In this document: piece by piece, positions 1-11,957 of the stretch | How positions within the stretch are numbered: position 1 is the stretch's first letter | How the letters are laid out: every line of letters begins with the position of its first letter | Source of the DNA: Octopus vulgaris | Taxonomy: Eukaryota | DNA: 64,000 nucleotides | Reading direction: 5' to 3' | Assembly: GCA_951406725.2 (NCBI GenBank) | Contig: OX597823.1 | Location: forward strand, 112,220,001-112,284,000 | Position numbers and translations under genes: made by a program | The notes under the pieces: generated by a model | The model's database searches: none | What the model saw: only the letters and a program-made list of their open reading frames with translations | Told to the model about the DNA's origin: nothing

Positions 1-1400
1 ATTATCTATGTTCCCTAAATTAAATCCAGAAGTACCTGCTCCAACACTCCCCCCGCTCCCATCACTACTTAAATTATTTATGTTATTATAGACGGCCCTA
101 TCTTGACGACTGAATGGTGGCATCGGAAGGGCTGGATCAATATATACTACCTTCTGCCTATAACCGGCTTTGGATAGTGCGGCGTTATAAAATTCCGCTT
201 TCTGCATAAAAATGTCGACACTAGCGGACAAATTAGACAATCTTAGAGAGATATTTTTAACCAAATTGTCTGTTATAGTTTTGGCATGATTGGAGAAGAC
301 ACTGACATACTTTAAATTAGTGGAAGGCTTATGGTAAGGGCAGTATGAATCGCTATGGAGGTTTAGTGTGACGTCTAGGAAATTAGCCTGAGTAAGTTCA
401 TTATCAAAAACTATATTCATGCCCATTCTATTAAAGAACCTAGCTAACCTATTTTTAGTTTTCTGTACGATTATGTTTGTGGTGTTTTGTAGGTAAAACA
501 GACAATCGTCACGATACAGGCCGCTCGCGATGTCCGGGAATTGGTCGGATAATTCGTAGAGAATATAGATTCCGACCAAATCGGCTATCTGCGCGCTATC
601 CGAACTACCCATAGGCACATCGAACTCGTTGGGAGTATCTTTACGAATCCACAACTTATTTTCAAACTTTATAAATGATTTTCTGGCAACTAAAATAATA
701 GCAATTTCTTCTCTAGTGAGGCCTGCCTTGTTGTGAGCATGCCACAGGGCCTTATTTAGTACACTAGGGTTAATCGAGGGGTAGAAGCTAGCAATATCAA
801 ACTGAATAAACCTAGTACGGTTCTTATTAGGGATGGAAGAGAACCACTTCACGACCTGCGAGGAGTTAGCCCAGAGGCTAAGCTTCAGCTTATTTACTAA
901 ACTAGGGATATATTTATCTAAAATATACTTACTGATGGTCCCGATATCGGAACTAGCAGGGCATATAAGTCTTAACGCTGGGTTGGTGTAGAAATTCGGT
1001 TTGTGGTCCTTCACTATGAATCTAGGTTGTTTAGGGCTAAGCGGCTGCGTTCTCATTTGAATTCCGTATTTAAACATTATTTCCTTAATCTCCAAGTTTA
1101 CTTTTCTCAGTGTGTTCCAATTAGTTGTTCTACAATTCTTCTTGATCTCTTTTCCGAGTAAATCTAAGTACTGTCTAATGGGTAACTTATACGTGTTCCT
1201 TGTCTTGTCAGACTGGACCAAGATTCCATCCGACCTATTAATATCCTTGGTAATTTTTTCTAGGTATCTGGGTGTTCATTTCTCCTGGGTGACTTCCTGA
1301 ACTTAATCTTCCTTACGATGTCCCACAAGTCATCCTCAAACTTCTTCAGTCTTGGGTTAGGTGGCGGTGTATCCATCGACTTAAAAAGCCCACAATATTC
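1..1400 (-). mobile_element. Penelope-like element reverse transcriptase ORF; 3' part runs off the window; one frameshift near 1270
   Basis: Manual minus-strand translation is stop-free over 1275->1 and gives SDKTRNTY, KDHKPNF..PALRLICPA, FIQFDIASFYPSI, FDVPMGSSDSAQIADLVGIYIL, GLYRDDCL, NFLDVTLNL, YHKP, SNHAKTI, ALSKAGY. A second frame (1400-1270) gives FKSMDTPPPNPRLKKFEDDLWDIVRKIKFRK. These are PLE RT motifs. The frame is absent from the ORF track, probably because its stop lies outside the window. Confidence 0.9.
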
Positions 1401-3028
1401 GGACGATGCTGCAAAATGCCCGGTTCAATTTTAGATCCTCGTTGCGCCAACGCACGGTTGCAACACCATATGGTCATATCTCCAACAGTGTTTTTTCTGT
1501 ATAACTAATGTTAATGTAGAGAGTCCCAATAACACTGTTAGCAACGGTTTTGACAACAGTAGCATCACGGACATTAGCAATCACAGCGATCTCAGTGCCA
1601 GGGAATATACAGGTGATATTCCATTAAATAGTATTGATAATACATATATAATGTCGAAGACATATACAGTTCTACAATCATCATAGTAATAAGATATACA
1701 TATATACATATATGAAGCCAATCCCAATAGAATATAGGTTCTTATCTAGTAATTCCAAGATTAGAAATGCCATTTACCAATGCAGATTTATACTGAATCA
1801 GATGTCTACTTGTATATCGGAGCGTCATCATCAAAATTGGCCGTAGAATATCGAACCACTTCACAACATTTCGCGATTTTAGAAAACAACACGTGACCGG
1901 ACTAAGTAAAGTGATCTGTTTGAAGAACGCGAATTCAGCATTTAGACTGGAATGGTCGATTTTATCGGTGTCTGTGCCGTTTGATAGAGGCAAAAGAATC
2001 TGTAATCTCTGCAACTCTGAACTTTTTCACATTTTGTTCGCCCGAGGGCGGCTAGTTAACGCGATTTTGCAAAACTCTTTCAGATGTCCCCATTGGAGGC
2101 ACCACACATTTCTTGCATACAATTGAAGCCTAAGATAATTAACACCTTGATGTCCTAAGAAGGGAAAAAAGAGCTGGAAAAAATTTGGAAAAAAATTTGG
2201 AATTAGATTTGTAAAGGGAAATTACTCCCCTTTTAATGTATGATCTGCTACTTATTTACGAAACAATATCAGGGATTATACTCTCCTTGTTTAACAAGTC
2301 ATCTGTGTATAAACTGACCACAGACGAACACACAGACACAGGCTTTTATCGGCCGCTTGACCTACAATATCTGCAATATATTTTCCCACTAGCTGCTTCC
2401 TAACATACTGCCACACATACACAGGCGCACACACACATACATGTAAGTAGTTTCTCACACCCAAATAAGATAGCTTTCATTCTTAAAAGAATTCGAACAT
2501 TAACATTAGTTATACAGAATATATTCACACTCTTTGGTTTTCTTGAATTCTTCCCCGACCAAATTTAACCGCATTTTGACCTCGATTTATTCCAACGGAC
2601 TTTTTCGTTGGCCTTCACACACCCTGACGTCAACACACATTGAGAGACAGTTTTGTGCCTTGCCATGGGCTCCTAGGGAGCGTTTTGCTCGAATAGCTTG
2701 CTGTGCATTTGTTTTGGAGATTTTATATTCCTGGTTTTTCCTGAATGAGAAAGCTGCAAAATGGTCTCCTTATTCAATCCGAATTTGGAAATTTGCAGCC
2801 TTTGAAACATGTGTAGAAAATAATAATAAGGAATTTTGTAGAATCTTCATTCAGCTCCATTTCTTCCCTTCACTAAATATATAAAACTTCAATTATCTGC
2901 GCTAAGGCACGGTTGCGACACCCCATGGTCGTAACCTCAACCGTGTTTTTTCTGTTGTGATTTTTGCTACCCAGGTATCGGTTAAATTTTGAATAATCCG
3001 TAACAAGATAATTCATTTATCCATTTCA

Positions 3029-3033
<5 letters not shown>
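1401..3033 (-). mobile_element. Putative 5' region/pseudo-LTR of the PLE, containing a ~58-bp direct repeat
   Basis: Non-microsatellite sequence contiguous with the RT. 1443-1500 and 2898-2955 are diverged direct copies. The region ends at a (TA)n tract. Confidence 0.45.
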
Positions 3034-3067
<34 letters not shown>

Positions 3068-3069
<2 letters not shown>

Positions 3070-3180
3070 CCTGCTCGCTTAGCCAGCAGGGTGGCATCAT
3101 TTGAAGGCTAAAACAATGCGAATCGTATTGTGACCAGCGATGTGTACCAACAACTGATAGCCTGGTCTGTCACGGTGATA
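3068..3180 (+). mobile_element. SINE 3' tail fragment (family E)
   Basis: gtggcatcatttgaaggctaaaacaatgcgaatcgtattgtgaccagc matches 41210-41263, 46030-46130 and 15250-15370; followed by (TA)n. Confidence 0.75.
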
Positions 3181-3218
3181 TATATATATATATTATAGTG
3201 GAATAAGCCGGTTTATGT

Positions 3219-3275
3219 GGTTACCCTGGGTTTCTTGCTCATAAGAGGTTTACCCTTATGGTGTATCTTCAGACC
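3219..3275 (-). ncRNA. Type I hammerhead-ribozyme-like motif (PLE pseudo-LTR type)
   Basis: Minus strand: ggt CTGAAGA tacaccataagggtaaacctcttatgagcaa GAAA cccagggT A acc. Core intact, near-palindromic stem III, GUA site, 3-bp stem I; base of stem II is weak. Confidence 0.6.
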
Positions 3276-4359
3276 CCAAACATTGCTGGCCTGACACAGT
3301 CCAGTGGTGGAAATAAATAAAAGATAAAGAGATAATGAATCTGCTTTCACCAGAGCAAGATATTATTTAACCCTTTGGCATTCTGATTACTTTGCCAAAA
3401 GTAGTGCCTATTCTTCACATTGTTTTCTTTTAATCCTGAATTATCTCACAGCTTTGAGATTTCAATGTTGTGATTGTGTTTTAGAATGATATGGTTGGGT
3501 AGGTGTGAGAAGCCAGATCTGGCCAGGTTGAACACATAAAGCAAGGTAGAATATTTGGGCTGGATATGGCTGGTATTCATAAATACCTCTTTCATTGTCT
3601 TATTTCCCCAATACAATTCTCTCTTTTTCTCCCATCATTTTCTTTCTGCTACTTTCATAAATTCTCCTTTCTTCAATTTGTGTTCCTTTCTATCAATATC
3701 TTTTTCATTTAATACATTTTATATCTGATTTTTCATATCATTTTCGTTTTTATCATCACCAATAACTCAGCCATTTTCTTTCTTCCTTCCTTTCTTCCTT
3801 CCTTCCTTTCTTTCTTCCTTTCTTTCTTTCTTTCTTTCTTTCTTTCTACTTCAGCTACTTTTTCTTATCGTGCAAAGATCGATCAAGAAATTGTTATACA
3901 CCATAAAAATTATGCTTTATAGAATTTTGCTAGTTCTTTCTATTTCCTCTCCTGCATAAAGATGTGTATATACTTTTTTCTTAATTTTGCTTTTATTTAT
4001 TCGCATATTTTTCATACTGTTAACAACTGAAACTGGTACAAAATGTGAAAATTTAATTATAAATGTAAGTTGGTCAATGTTTTAAGTTAAGACCACAGTA
4101 AGAAATTTTATATTTCTTTCCCTCATGGCAACTGTAAAAATAAGAAAGTGAGAAATGATAAAAAAGCAATATAAATAAATAAGAATGTTGAAGACATATC
4201 AAATAAAACAGTAGGTAAAGTTAATTATATATTTATGACATCAAAAGGGCGAAGAACACACCTACATACCTGCATAGATATTCATATAGGTGAGTACAGA
4301 TGATTGCAGAACTATAACGTATGTGGAAGTGGAGGTGCATATTGTGTGTGTGTAGGTGT

Positions 4360-4525
4360 GAGCATGGCTGTATAGTTAAAAGTTTGGCTTCCCAATCATG
4401 GAATTGGGGATTCAGTCCCAATGTACAACACTTCAGGCAGGTGTCTTCTACTTTATCTCCAGGTCAGCCAAAGTTCTGTTTGTGGATTTCGGTGGAAGAA
4501 AACTGAAAGAAAACTCTCGTGTATA
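4360..4525 (+). mobile_element. tRNA-derived SINE family A, 5' part
   Basis: catggctgtatagttaaaag...ttcagtccca...gtgtcttctact...gtggatttcggtggaagaaaactgaaagaaa is homologous to the full copies at 17195 and 60104. Confidence 0.7.
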
Positions 4526-4534
4526 CATGGGTGA

Positions 4535-4860
4535 AGACCCCGCCTCAGTCATGAATGACCGTGGGAATGTACCTAGAAAGTTACCCTCCCAGGCACAAGT
4601 CAGGACAAGGTTGCTGATGGAAAACCAGCAGTTGTCCATGCATATCAGGCTTCACTCTCCATGCCATCAATGTTATTCAAGAGAAGAAGCAAAGACAGAT
4701 ACAGCTTGGCACCAGTGACATCGCAACTCATTTCTACGGCTGAGTGAACTGAAGCAATGTGAAATAAAGTGTCTTGCTCAAGAACACAACATACAGCCAG
4801 TCCAGGAATCAAACTCACTACCTCTTAGTTGTGAACTCAATGCTCTAACCACTTAGCCAT
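4535..4860 (-). mobile_element. tRNA-derived SINE family C (CORE-like segment)
   Basis: Homologous to 56540-56872. Minus strand has a tRNA-like head (tggctaagtggttagagc...gagtttgattcc) followed by gtgttcttgagcaagacacttt. Confidence 0.75.
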
Positions 4861-4897
4861 TTATATATATATATGTATATTTATATATATATATATA

Positions 4898-5135
4898 TCA
4901 TCATCATCATCGTTTAACGTCCGCTTTCCATGCTAGCATGGGTTGGACGGTTCAACTGGGGTCTGGCAAGCCCGAAGGCTGCACCAGGCTAGTCAGATCT
5001 GGCAGTGTTTCTACAGCTGGATGCCCTTCCTAACGCCAACCACTCCGAGAGTGTAGTGGGTGATTTTATGTGCCACTGACACAGGTGCCAGACGAGGCTG
5101 GCAGACGGCCACGCTCGGATGGTGTTTTCGGTGTT
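4898..5135 (-). mobile_element. SINE family B, 3' part with (GAT)n tail
   Basis: catcatcgtttaacgtccgctttccatgctagcatgggttggacgg is shared with 31287, 42656-42918 and 5185-5322. Confidence 0.8.
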
Positions 5136-5184
5136 TTCTTATGTGTCGGTGGCACATATTTATATATATATATATATATATATA

Positions 5185-5322
5185 TGGCATTAGGAAGGGC
5201 ATCCAGCTGTAGAAACACTGCCAGATCTGACTGGCCTGGTGCAGCCTTTGGGCTTCCCAGACCCCAGTTGAACCGTCCAACCCATGCTAGCATGGAAAGC
5301 GGATGTTAAACGATGATGATGA
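5185..5322 (+). mobile_element. SINE family B, 3' part, inverted relative to 4898-5135
   Basis: Near-perfect reverse complement of 4901-5038. Confidence 0.8.
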
Positions 5323-5423
5323 TATAGAAAGAGAGAGAGATACATATATATTTAGGTATGTGTGTGTGTGAGGGAGAGCGTGTGTATGTGTGTACGCATT
5401 CATACACACACACATACATATAT

Positions 5424-5649
5424 AGGCAAAAGCATGGCTCTGTGGTTATGTGGTTAAGAAGCTCATTTTGTAACCATATGGCTTTAGGTTCAGTCCTTTT
5501 CCACATCAACTGGGGCAAGCATCTTCTACTATAGCCCTGGGTCGACCAGTGCCATGGGAGTGAATGTAGGAAACAGAAAGTGAGGAAGCCATTTATATAT
5601 ATTTACATGCAAGTGTGTGTATGTGTGCACACAGGCAGGTACGTGTATC

Positions 5650-5682
<33 letters not shown>

Positions 5683-6030
5683 ATGTATGCATGACTTTTT
5701 TGTATCTGTGTCTGTCAAGGAAGCCTCTTGTATATATTTACATGGATGTGTGTGTATGTGTGCACACAGGCAGGGGTGTGTGTTTGTGTGTGCTTGTGTG
5801 TGTGTGTTTGTGTGTGTGCATGTTTTTTTGTATCTGTGTCTGTCACCCACCACCACTTGACAACCAGTGTTGGTTTGTTCACATCCCTAAAATTTATTCT
5901 GGCAAAAAAGACTGATAGAATAAGAGCCAAACTTTTAGAAAAAAACCCCAGAGGTTCTGGGTGGGGGTGAGAGACTTGCTCAACTAAAACCCTTCAAAGT
6001 AGTACCTAGAATGCTTGCAGTCCAATAACC
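5424..6030 (+). mobile_element. SINE family A, diverged, with internal (GT)n duplication
   Basis: Head tgtggttaagaagctc...ggttcagtcc; later cttgacaaccagtgttggt...ggcaaaaaagactgatagaataag. Confidence 0.65.
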
Positions 6031-6529
6031 AAAAAAAAACCAAACTATGAAAAATGCATCCATACATACATGTACACACACATATAACATGCGCACACAC
6101 ACACACACACACACATATACATACACGTGAACATGAACAGACACACACACATGCTCATATGCACACACACACACACATGTATCCCAATAATTCTTCGCAA
6201 TAGTGATAATAGGAAAGCATTTTAAGTGTCTCTTTCTGTCAGATGTTTATTGTCCAAATTCCCACAAAAGAAGCGTCTTAACTTAGTTATAGACTGTTGA
6301 ATATGTCCGACAGGAAAGAAAAATTTATTGACACACAAGCTTGTATGTACGCATGTATCCATGCATGTGTGTATCTAAGTTTTTTTTTCTATTTGTGCAT
6401 ATGCGTATGTATATATACATGTATAGAGGTTTGTATGTATTTGTGAGTGTGTATGTGCGTGTGTGTGTACGTGCATGAGTATGCACCCCACACACCCACA
6501 CATAGATCAAGAGATAGATAAAATGCATG

Positions 6530-6607
6530 TGCACATAAATATATATATATATATATACATACATATGTATATATATATATATATACACATATACACATAT
6601 ATATATG

Positions 6608-6643
<36 letters not shown>

Positions 6644-6720
6644 TACATATACACATATATATACGCATACACACATACACATATATATATATATACATAT
6701 ACACATATGTATATACGCAT

Positions 6721-6767
<47 letters not shown>

Positions 6768-6776
6768 TATACGCAT

Positions 6777-6863
<87 letters not shown>

Positions 6864-6890
6864 CATATATGTACATATAGATACATACAC
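6530..6890. repeat. (TA)n/(TACA)n compound microsatellite
   Basis: Directly visible. Confidence 0.9.
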
Positions 6891-7421
6891 ATAGAAATTA
6901 CTTTATAAATTATACTTTTTTTACTAGGTCTTACTGATTTTATGTCCAGAAAGATATGACCAAACTGAGAAACTTTCATTTATATGTATATATATATTTT
7001 TTTTTTTTTGCATATTTATAATATTTTATTACATTACCTCACATTACTTTATACCATAATATATCAAGCTATATTAAAATACAATGTATGTTATAGTGCA
7101 GAGTCCACTATATAGCAGAGCGTATATATTTGCAAAGCCTACACATACATATATACTTTGTCAACGAAATACAATGTACATTCTACCCAACAGGCCTCTA
7201 CATACTCTCCCTACCATTTTCCTTTCACTTCACTTGAATCTATCACAAGCTACAGTTGTTGTTGTTGTTGTTATTTTAATTGGGTTTGTTTTTGTTTAAC
7301 CCCAGGTTGTTTCTAACCAGCCTGACCTACAACTAAAGTTGTTCTACACATGTCCATTCACTTTGTTTCCAACTTCCTATGTCATACTACGAAATTAGTC
7401 TTTCATCTTTTAAATCAGTCT

Positions 7422-7638
7422 TATGAGAGGGTGCTGAAAAGTTCCTAGCTTTAGGGCATTGCTAAAGACCTGGTTGGATGCTTGATCTTCCAAGTTCTTT
7501 TACAGGCCTCAGAAAAACTGAAGGACCACTGCAATAAGTGTGTGAATCTGAGAGGGAAATAAATTGAATAAAGTTATAATCAGCTAATCCTCCTGTATTT
7601 TCTTTTCCCCAAGCCAAGAACTTTTCAAGAACCACTTG

Positions 7639-7640
<2 letters not shown>
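7422..7640. mobile_element. Tc1/mariner-type MITE
   Basis: Ends gagagggtgctgaaaagttcctagct / agccaagaacttttcaagaacc are imperfect TIRs; same family as 7690-7862 and 8314-8536. Confidence 0.7.
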
Positions 7641-7678
<38 letters not shown>

Positions 7679-7689
7679 TACACACATGA

Positions 7690-7859
7690 AAGGCCTGGTT
7701 GGAATTCCAACCTTCTGAGTTCTTTTGCAGGGCTCAGAAAAAATGAAGGACCACTGTAGTAAGTGTTTAAGTCTGAGAGGGGAATATGTTGAATAAAATC
7801 ATAATAAGCAGATTCTCCTGTATTTTTTTTTCCCCAAGTAAGAAATTTTTCAAGACCCC

Positions 7860-7862
<3 letters not shown>
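7690..7862. mobile_element. Partial Tc1/mariner-type MITE
   Basis: Internal gaaggaccactgtagtaagtg...gaataaaatcataat plus right TIR agaaatttttcaagacccct. Confidence 0.6.
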
Positions 7863-7893
<31 letters not shown>

Positions 7894-8313
7894 CGTTGCT
7901 ATTATGCAGAAGTGTCATAAGTCCAAAACGTTGCTTTTTCAGAAGATGAAAAAATAGTTTCACCATTCCATTTCTTTTTACATTAGCAACAGTTTCAGCT
8001 AAACAATAATACTTTGTTGGATGCATAAAATCGCAACTCTATGCATGTATGATATTTTCAGTCAGAAATATTTTGGTAAAATGTCCTACATGGGACTTAC
8101 TACACTTTTGAAAAATGCTAAATTGTTGTACTACACTTTGACAATTTTCATATCTTGGCATATGAAGCAGCTGGAGATACAATAGTTTGACCAAAAGAAC
8201 TGGCTATTGCAAGCAAGATTAAATATTTTTAAAAATGCATTTGGACAAATTTTGGACATACAACAGTTTAACATAACAGCGACAACATATATATATATAT
8301 ATATAGATATATA

Positions 8314-8536
8314 TACGAGTGGGTGCTGAAAAGTTCCTGGCTTTAAGGGTATCGTGAAGGGCCCTGGTTGGAGGCCTAAACTTCCAAGTTCTTTTATAGG
8401 GCTTAGGAAAACTGAAGGACCACTGCAATAAGTGAGCAAATCTGAGAGGGAGACTGTATTGAATAAAACCATAATTAACTGATCATTTTTTTTTTTTCTT
8501 TTACTGAGAGCCAGGAATTTTCCAGCACCTCTTTGA
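8314..8536. mobile_element. Tc1/mariner-type MITE
   Basis: TIRs ta-cgagtgggtgctgaaaagttcctggct / agccaggaattttccagcacc; left end sits in a TA context. Confidence 0.75.
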
Positions 8537-9484
8537 ATATGCTTTGATGGACATCTAGCTGTTATTTCTATGAGGTTGAGTGATTACCTAGAGGATCTCT
8601 GATAAAAGACAAATACCCAAGGGTGTGTGTAACATACTGGGAATTGAAACCCTAAACCCAATAATTGAAAATCTAACTGCTTACAGATTGCAGTCATGCT
8701 TGCACTCATAATTAAATAGCTCAATCAACATTGTCAGGTGATCAAATATTTCTGCTCCTTTAGTGAGGCTCCCATGCTTGAAATAAATAAATATATAAAT
8801 ACATAAATAATGCATTATCTACAGCATGAGGTGCACACTTGATGTGCATGACACACGAGTCAAGCAATTTAACTACAGAGGCCATTCTCTCTCCTCCCAC
8901 TGGTAGCCGTTCTTGTGAATGGTTTGGGTGTAGTTAATAATGAAGGATGGTGAAATGAGGAATCAGAAAAGGAAGGAAATTCCTTATGCAAATGACAGAG
9001 AATGAAGTGAGTGTATGTGTGAAAGTGGCATGACAACTGGAAATTAAGGGGTTTAATGAAAGAGTAGGGAACGCTTAGAGGTTCTCATCTTGATGCCGGT
9101 ACTGGGTGAAGAGAAAAGCGGGAAGCAGTGAGGAGGGGGTTTTCGGAAACATGAAAGCATCGGTGCCAAACCATAAATATCTACTGGTAATAATTGACAC
9201 AGAACTACGGGAAATAAATAAATAAATGAATAAATGAAATAAATAAATAAAATAAAATAAAATGAATAAATATGTATAGCAGAAACAACAGTGGTAGTAA
9301 CAGCAATAGCAATGTCAACAACAATGATAGCAACAACGAAAACAACAACAGCAACATCAGCAACAATGAAGCAAATCTCTCCTATCACTACCAATGATTA
9401 CAGCAATAAGAACAACATCAATAACTGCAATAACAACCACTATGTCACCGCCCACACCATTTATTAAACAAAAATGGGAAATCA

Positions 9485-9955
9485 AGAGCAACAACAACAA
9501 CAACAACAAAAACCGTACAACCACCACCAATAACAACTACAAGAATAACAACAACCACCGCCACTACCATCATCAAGAGCAACAACAATAGTAACCACCA
9601 CCTCACCATTGCCAACAACAACAATAACCACACCACTACTACCACCACCACCACTTCAACAACAACAGCCACCACCACTGCCACTACCATCATCAAGAGC
9701 AACAACAATAGTAACCACCACCTCACCATTGCCAACAACAACAATAACCACACCGCTACTACCACCACTACAACCACAGCTACGACCACCACCACTACCA
9801 CTACAACAGCCACCACCACCGCCACTACCATCATCAACAGCAACAACAACAGTAACTACCACCTCACCATTGCCAACAACAACAATAGCCACACTGCTAC
9901 TACCACCACTACAACCACAGTTACCACCACCACCACTACAACAACAACAACAATA
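9485..9955. repeat. (ACC/AAC)n-derived minisatellite, three ~120-140 bp units
   Basis: ccactaccatcatcaagagcaacaacaatagtaaccaccacctcaccattgccaac recurs near 9560, 9680 and 9820. Confidence 0.8.
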
Positions 9956-10362
9956 AAGGCGGCCATAATACCGTTGCAGTTTTCCTGCTTTGGAAGAAAG
10001 CCACTTTTAATTTAGAATTGGTAATGGTTTTGGTGGAAGTGAAATATAATTGAATAAATTAATCTGATTCCCTGGTACATTGCTGGTACTTGTCCATGTA
10101 GCACCATTCTGTTAAAGGGCAAATTAATATCTGAGCTCTGAGCTGATTTGAACCTGGAACATAGAGTTATGAAGCTCCAAACCACATTCGACTAGTATCT
10201 CTTATTCTAGCCTTGGGTTTACCAATACTTTCTGAGTGGCATCATCACGCACATACTTATACACACAAGCATACTTACATACATGCATGCATATGTACGT
10301 ATGTACATGCGTATATACATACATACACACACATACATATATATATATACACATATATATAT

Positions 10363-10580
10363 TGGCAGAACCGTTAGCACGCTGGGCGAAATGCGTAGCC
10401 GTATTTCATCTGCCGTTACGCTCTGAGTTCAAATTCCGCTGAGGTCAAATTTGCCTTTCATCCTTTCGTGATTGATAAATTAATACCAGTTACACGCGGG
10501 AGTCGATGTAATCGACTTAATCCGTTTGTCTGTCCCTGTTTGTCCCCTCTATGTTTAGACCCTTGTGGGTAATAAAGAAA
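10363..10580 (+). mobile_element. Nin-domain-like SINE (family N)
   Basis: tggcagaaccgttagcacg...gagttcaaattcc...gcctttcatcctttcg...gtaataaagaaa. Confidence 0.8.
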
Positions 10581-10626
10581 CATATATATACATGTATGTA
10601 TATGCTTCCTGCATATACATATATAA

Positions 10627-10899
10627 GATGGAGGAAGCAGGTTAAGGAGGTGGGGTTGACACTTTTGAGATAGCATGTATTCAGCATGCAGAACTTAAGC
10701 CGTTGCTCAAAAACACACTGCTAGTGTAGTGAATGGGGAAAGCTTGGTCTGCAATGTTTGCAGTCATGTATGCCTGCCAAAAGCAGGGCTCATTAGCTAC
10801 CAATGGTGCTGCAAATGCAAAATATAAGTTAGTCCTAGAGCGCAAAATGTTCCTGAAGGTCGGCAATGGTCTTCCTCAGTCCCTAGTGGACTGCCATCA

Positions 10900-10900
<1 letters not shown>
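10627..10900 (+). mobile_element. LINE 3' end fragment, RTE-like, with C-terminal CxxC..H-type motif
   Basis: Translates to GESLVCNVCSHVCLPKAGLISYQWCCKCKI*, resembling the RTE/BovB C-terminal CxxC..GLxSH motif; followed by (TA)n. Confidence 0.55.
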
Positions 10901-10931
<31 letters not shown>

Positions 10932-11046
10932 AATATAAATATATATATTATTATAATAATAATAATTATAATATTAGGGAGTATAACTCCAAACTTACAG
11001 GGAAAAATTCAATTTAGTATTAAATCAAATTTCACAATATAAATAT

Positions 11047-11357
11047 ATAAAATATAAATTAGAGAAAAAAACCACTGTTATGCAATTCAAACAATGATAG
11101 ACATAAACCAAATCATAAATAAAAATAAAATATATTTTTATAAAACATAAATAGATCACAAAAAGTATAAAAATGAATAATCAATATATAATAAGTAATA
11201 AGTAAAAAAAAATTATATATTGATTATTCATTTTTATACTTTTTGTGATCTATTTATGTTTTATAAAAATATATTTTATTTTTTATTTATGATTTGGTTT
11301 ATGTCTATCACTGTTTGAATTGCATAATAGTGGATTTTTCTCTAATTTATATTTTAT

Positions 11358-11358
<1 letters not shown>
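11047..11358. repeat. Long AT-rich inverted repeat (~145-bp arms)
   Basis: 11047-11192 is the near-perfect reverse complement of 11213-11358; related sequence at 29290-29362. Confidence 0.85.
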
Positions 11359-11400
<42 letters not shown>

Positions 11401-11579
11401 TGTATTCTGTTAGGAATGTATTAAAGTACAAATTAAAGCTTGCTTACCCTTAGAATTACCAAATAGTTGGTAGAATTATGGTATACTTCCAAGACTTAAG
11501 CATTTATCATGTGTGAAAAAAAAACAAAATTGAATAAATAGAGTCAAGAAGGAGTACAGTTATACAGCTATTTAATAAA

Positions 11580-11681
11580 CACTACACGTGTTTCAGTACA
11601 ACATAGATCCACATATACACAAGATTTAACTTAAGCAACGGTTTACCTGTATAATGGGACCCACTTGTATCTCCTCAGGTG
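11580..11681 (-). ncRNA. Type I hammerhead-like motif with long stem II
   Basis: Minus: cac CTGAGGA g-a-tacaa..gtgggtcc..tatacagg [loop] cttgtgta..ggatctat..ttgta-c-t GAAA cacgtgT A gtg. Palindromic stem III ACACGTGT. Confidence 0.65.
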
Positions 11682-11957
11682 ATATATAATCACTGTCCCC
11701 ATTAGTAAATGTTTGACTTTGATGCTAACACATCCAATTGGCTCATTTGAATCTAGTAGATGCAGGCAGTTCCAATCCACTCGCTGTCGATGTGCCTCTG
11801 CACGCTCAACATGAGTAGCATTGGATACACTGGCTGTCCACTTTGCTTCACATATTAGGTTGCCCATGCTCAGTTTTATTATTTCACAAATACACTCACA
11901 CATATGTTTATACATATACAATCACTCTTTCTTGACTCTATTTATCCAATTATATAT

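Noticed and set aside
1276-1278. In-frame TGA upstream of the PLE RT as a selenocysteine codon, as in some Naiad elements
   Set aside because: Homology continues in a different frame and a TAA follows in the same frame, so it is a frameshift by-product.
9394-9956. Pro/Thr-rich mucin- or extensin-like ORFs (also 15487-16441)
   Set aside because: Explained by ACC/AAC-based minisatellites; multiple frames are equally open.
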